A stretch of 18,135 nt of DNA from a bacterium (GTDB taxonomy: Bacteria > Zhuqueibacterota > Zhuqueibacteria > Zhuqueibacterales > Zhuqueibacteraceae), in NCBI GenBank assembly GCA_044869275.1, contig JBIOXB010000183.1:1-18135 (forward strand). The letters are read 5' to 3'. The notes below the pieces were generated by a model that was not told the origin of the DNA, did not search any database, and saw only the letters and a program-made list of their open reading frames with translations. Positions 15,298 through 18,135 of this stretch are shown here, piece after piece. Made by a program: the position numbers and the translations under genes. How positions within the stretch are numbered: the first letter of the stretch is position 1; each line of letters starts with the position of its first letter.

Positions 15298-17428
15298 GAA
15301 AAACTTTGACCTCCTTCGGCGCAAACGCCATGGTCACCATGGCACCGTCTTGATGCGGCATGAGAGGAATCGTTTCATGGTTGAATTGCTCCGTTAATTC
15401 TTGGTGCTGGTGCAGCGGCAGAAAAACAGAGGCCGTAACCGCGGCAGGCTCGAGATTTTGGGCAATGAGCATCACCTGATGATTGGGCGCGGTTAAAATA
15501 TCGAGGCGAATTTTGGCCTCACCCATGACTTTCGGTCGTGCCCTCGTTCCGGCGAAATCAACCAGACTGGCGATCAGCTCGGCATTCGCTGCGCAGCCCT
15601 TTTGATAATAAGGCAGACCGAGGTATGAGCCGATGAGAATCGCTTTACCCTGGCCATAGTCGGCATAAGTGATGGCCGGCTCGCCGGTCGAAAATCGCGC
15701 CAACACCTCCGCGCCTTCAATGAGCAATGCTTCTTTGACTAAGGCGCCCTCAGCCTTTTCACCTTTTTTAATGAAGGGCAAATCGCTGGCGATTTCGATT
15801 TCGACCTTGCCGTTTGCCTCCGGCGGCGCGACCACACCTTGACGAACTTTGAAAATCTCATGCAAACCATAACCCGGCACGGTGGTTTGATGCCGCCCGC
15901 GTTCGACCTGCCAACCGGCAAAATAACTTTCGCCGATCAAGGTTCCACCCGCTTTCACCCAAGCTTCAAGCGTGTGACAGATTTTTTCGCTGAGATAATA
16001 AGGAAATGGTACATACACAACTTTGTAATTTTGCAGTATACCACGATCAAATTCGCTGGGATGAATGAAATCAATTATAAAATTCCGGCGATAAAGCGCT
16101 TTGTGGGTTCCCAGCAGTGAATTCGTAGCGTTCTTCTCACTGCCGGTCGCTGCCCACGCGAAGATCTGGTTTTCGGGATGGTAGAGCAATGCAATTTCTG
16201 CCTGCTGCGGTTCGGCCTCGAGCAGAAACGTGGCGTTTTTCTGGACGACTTTGTTTACCTCGGCAAACGATTGCAGCCAGGGCGTGGGCGAGCCCTCGAG
16301 ATTGGCGAGCCCCCACGCCGGCGCCTCGCGGCCCAGAATTTCCGGACGGTATTGCCAAAAAATGCACCCCTTCAAATTTGCGGCAACGCCGGTGAAAACG
16401 AAGCGTTTGATGTCGTTCATGTCAATCGGCTTTGGCAACTCGAGCGTATAGCCGTAGAGCATCAGCATTTCGGCGCACATCACCGGCTTGCCTTTGGCGC
16501 AGGAGCGCACGACGTCGACCATCATGGGGTCGTCCATTTGCGTGATACCATGCAGGTCGCCGTATTTCCCAACATTCCACGGATCATTCGCGGTCGAAGT
16601 CACCGGAAATCCCTGAACGAAGACATGATGGCAGAGCAACGGATGCCTGCCCTGATCTTCTTTTCTTGCAACTTCAAACCGGCGCTTGACATTCTCACCG
16701 AGGGTATGCACAAAAAACATGCGCCAGTCGATCATGTCGTTGAACGTGTTGCGCGTCTTCGGCACCTCGACCTCCGCGAACGCGCGATAGTTACGGTTCC
16801 AAGCGATATTCAATTGCTCGATGCTGCCATACTTCGTGTTCAGCCATTTCTTGAAAGCCTTTTGGCAGCGCTCGCAGTAACAGAGCATGTCGCCCATTTT
16901 ATCAGCGTTGTCGGCGTACAAACGCAATTCGGCCATGCTGCTGGTCAATTCCGGCTCGCTGCCGACATTCCACATCTCCAGCGCCGCGTGATCTTGGTAA
17001 CGTTTAACCGTCTCGCCCAAAAACCGGAAGCAATGTTCCATCGCCTCGGTGTGATTGAAGCACAAGCCCAGTCCGCCGATTTGCCGGTGGGGTTGCGTTT
17101 GCGGGCCGATCCGCTGCCCCTCCAACGTCACCATCGAAGCCTCGGGATATTTTTGATAAATCCACGCCGGCGCCACATCGAATATCGTGTTGAGCATCAC
17201 TTTGAGCTGGTTGTGATGCGCGAGGTCCATCAAACGGTCGATATCGTCAAAATAAAACTCGTCCACGGCGGGATGATTCCATCGCCACTGCACCCAGAAT
17301 TTCACGGTGTTGAAACCGAGAGCGGCAAGATTCTTCAAATCGCTTTCCCAATCCTCAGGCGCCGGTGAAGGGGCGCGGTAATACTGTGAGCCAAAGGGAA
17401 TGCATTCAGATTTTAAGAGATGGCGCAT
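15290..17428 (-). CDS. GH42-like beta-galactosidase family protein, cytoplasmic
   Basis: FGSQYY, WESDLKNLAALGFNTVK, putative Zn ligands C...CYCERC, LNIAWN, IDWRMF, FWQYR, and a C-terminal trimerisation-like domain (WVKAGGTLI, YGQGKAILIG). Start set at ATG 17428 because the longer ORF reads through the repeat array. 712 aa. Confidence 0.88.
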   Translation of the reverse strand: MRHLLKSECIPFGSQYYRAPSPAPEDWESDLKNLAALGFNTVKFWVQWRWNHPAVDEFYFDDIDRLMDLAHHNQLKVMLNTIFDVAPAWIYQKYPEASMVTLEGQRIGPQTQPHRQIGGLGLCFNHTEAMEHCFRFLGETVKRYQDHAALEMWNVGSEPELTSSMAELRLYADNADKMGDMLCYCERCQKAFKKWLNTKYGSIEQLNIAWNRNYRAFAEVEVPKTRNTFNDMIDWRMFFVHTLGENVKRRFEVARKEDQGRHPLLCHHVFVQGFPVTSTANDPWNVGKYGDLHGITQMDDPMMVDVVRSCAKGKPVMCAEMLMLYGYTLELPKPIDMNDIKRFVFTGVAANLKGCIFWQYRPEILGREAPAWGLANLEGSPTPWLQSFAEVNKVVQKNATFLLEAEPQQAEIALLYHPENQIFAWAATGSEKNATNSLLGTHKALYRRNFIIDFIHPSEFDRGILQNYKVVYVPFPYYLSEKICHTLEAWVKAGGTLIGESYFAGWQVERGRHQTTVPGYGLHEIFKVRQGVVAPPEANGKVEIEIASDLPFIKKGEKAEGALVKEALLIEGAEVLARFSTGEPAITYADYGQGKAILIGSYLGLPYYQKGCAANAELIASLVDFAGTRARPKVMGEAKIRLDILTAPNHQVMLIAQNLEPAAVTASVFLPLHQHQELTEQFNHETIPLMPHQDGAMVTMAFAPKEVKVFRA

Positions 17429-17440
17429 AGTATCATGGCA

Positions 17441-17562
17441 GATGGATCGATGGACCGATGGATTGATGGAAGGATGGATTATTGGATTGTTGGATTCCAG
17501 CAATCCAGCAATCCAATAATCCAGTAATCCAACAATCCACTAATCCAACATTCCATCAATCC
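17441..17562. repeat. Head-to-head array of 8-bp tandem repeats
   Basis: Seven units of consensus NNTGGATT (17441-17496) followed by seven units of consensus AATCCANN plus a partial unit (17502-17562). Confidence 0.92.
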
Positions 17563-17566
17563 TGTG

Positions 17567-18135
17567 TTAAATTACAAATTGTGAAAGATGCTTTTGACCT
17601 AACACTAGCCCTTGTTGCACCTTTTCTTCGCTGCCCTGCCAAATTGGATCTTCATGCTCTAGGGACAACGCAAAATCATACCCCATCTCTTGCAGCGTTG
17701 AGATAAATTTACGCCAACCTATTTCTCCCAGACCGGGAACGCGATAGCGCCACCAGCCTGATTTCCACGGTATAGGATCGAGCTGACGCCCAAAGATGCC
17801 GTAGCGGCTCTTTCCCTCGTGCAGTATTTCCGTGTCTTTCGCATGCACGTGAAAGATTTTTTTACTAAAATCTTTGACGCATTGAACATAATCAATGCCG
17901 AGCCAGTAGAGATGCGAGGGATCGAAGTTCAAGCCGAAATTGTCGCTCGGTACTTCGTTGAAGAGCGCTTCCCAAAGCTCGGGGGAATAGGCGAAATTGC
18001 CGGGCAATCCGAAGCGTTGCCAGTTTTCCATCGGGCAGTTTTCGATCATCAGGCGCACGCCTTTGTCTTCAGCGTATTTCACCAGGCCGCGAAACACTTC
18101 ACCGATTTCTTTCATGTTCTCATTTGGCGATCTGT
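17567..18135 (-). CDS. Sugar phosphate isomerase/epimerase family (xylose-isomerase-like TIM barrel), 5'-truncated by the window edge
   Basis: Metal-binding motifs IEN, FDPSH, HVHAKD and LEHED, plus PGLGEIGW. The frame stays open to the window end (RSPNEN precedes the listed Met). Confidence 0.9.
   Translation of the reverse strand, partial: RSPNENMKEIGEVFRGLVKYAEDKGVRLMIENCPMENWQRFGLPGNFAYSPELWEALFNEVPSDNFGLNFDPSHLYWLGIDYVQCVKDFSKKIFHVHAKDTEILHEGKSRYGIFGRQLDPIPWKSGWWRYRVPGLGEIGWRKFISTLQEMGYDFALSLEHEDPIWQGSEEKVQQGLVLGQKHLSQFVI

Noticed and set aside
17441..17562. CRISPR array or small ORF (17482-17706) interpretation of the repeat
   Set aside because: The units are 8 bp, contiguous and lack spacers, and there are no cas genes. 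The ORF is simply translated repeat plus antisense sequence.

Overview
A bacterial window holding one co-oriented (all minus-strand) carbohydrate-catabolism locus. In transcription order: a 5'-truncated sugar-phosphate isomerase/epimerase-like TIM barrel, a GH42-like beta-galactosidase, an MFS transporter, a nucleoside hydrolase, a broken ABC sugar-binding lipoprotein fused out of frame to the tail of another gene, three tandem atypical GH10-like paralogues (two Tat-exported, the middle one signal-less), an NAD-dependent epimerase/SDR, a cupin, a secreted GH2, and a glycyl radical enzyme (GRE) with a non-PFL GCGE Cys loop. No GRE activase, regulator, transposase, RNA gene or CRISPR array is recognisable. 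Nearly every larger intergenic spacer holds a different inverted-repeat element. The most notable are a four-layer nested element at 2408-2772, a two-layer one at 5905-6055, and a head-to-head 8-mer array at 17441-17562. Best candidates for new biology: the GRE linked to glycosidases, the GH10-like triplet with a remodelled active site, and the small element inserted into a REP hairpin. All family calls come from motif recognition by eye, not from database searches.
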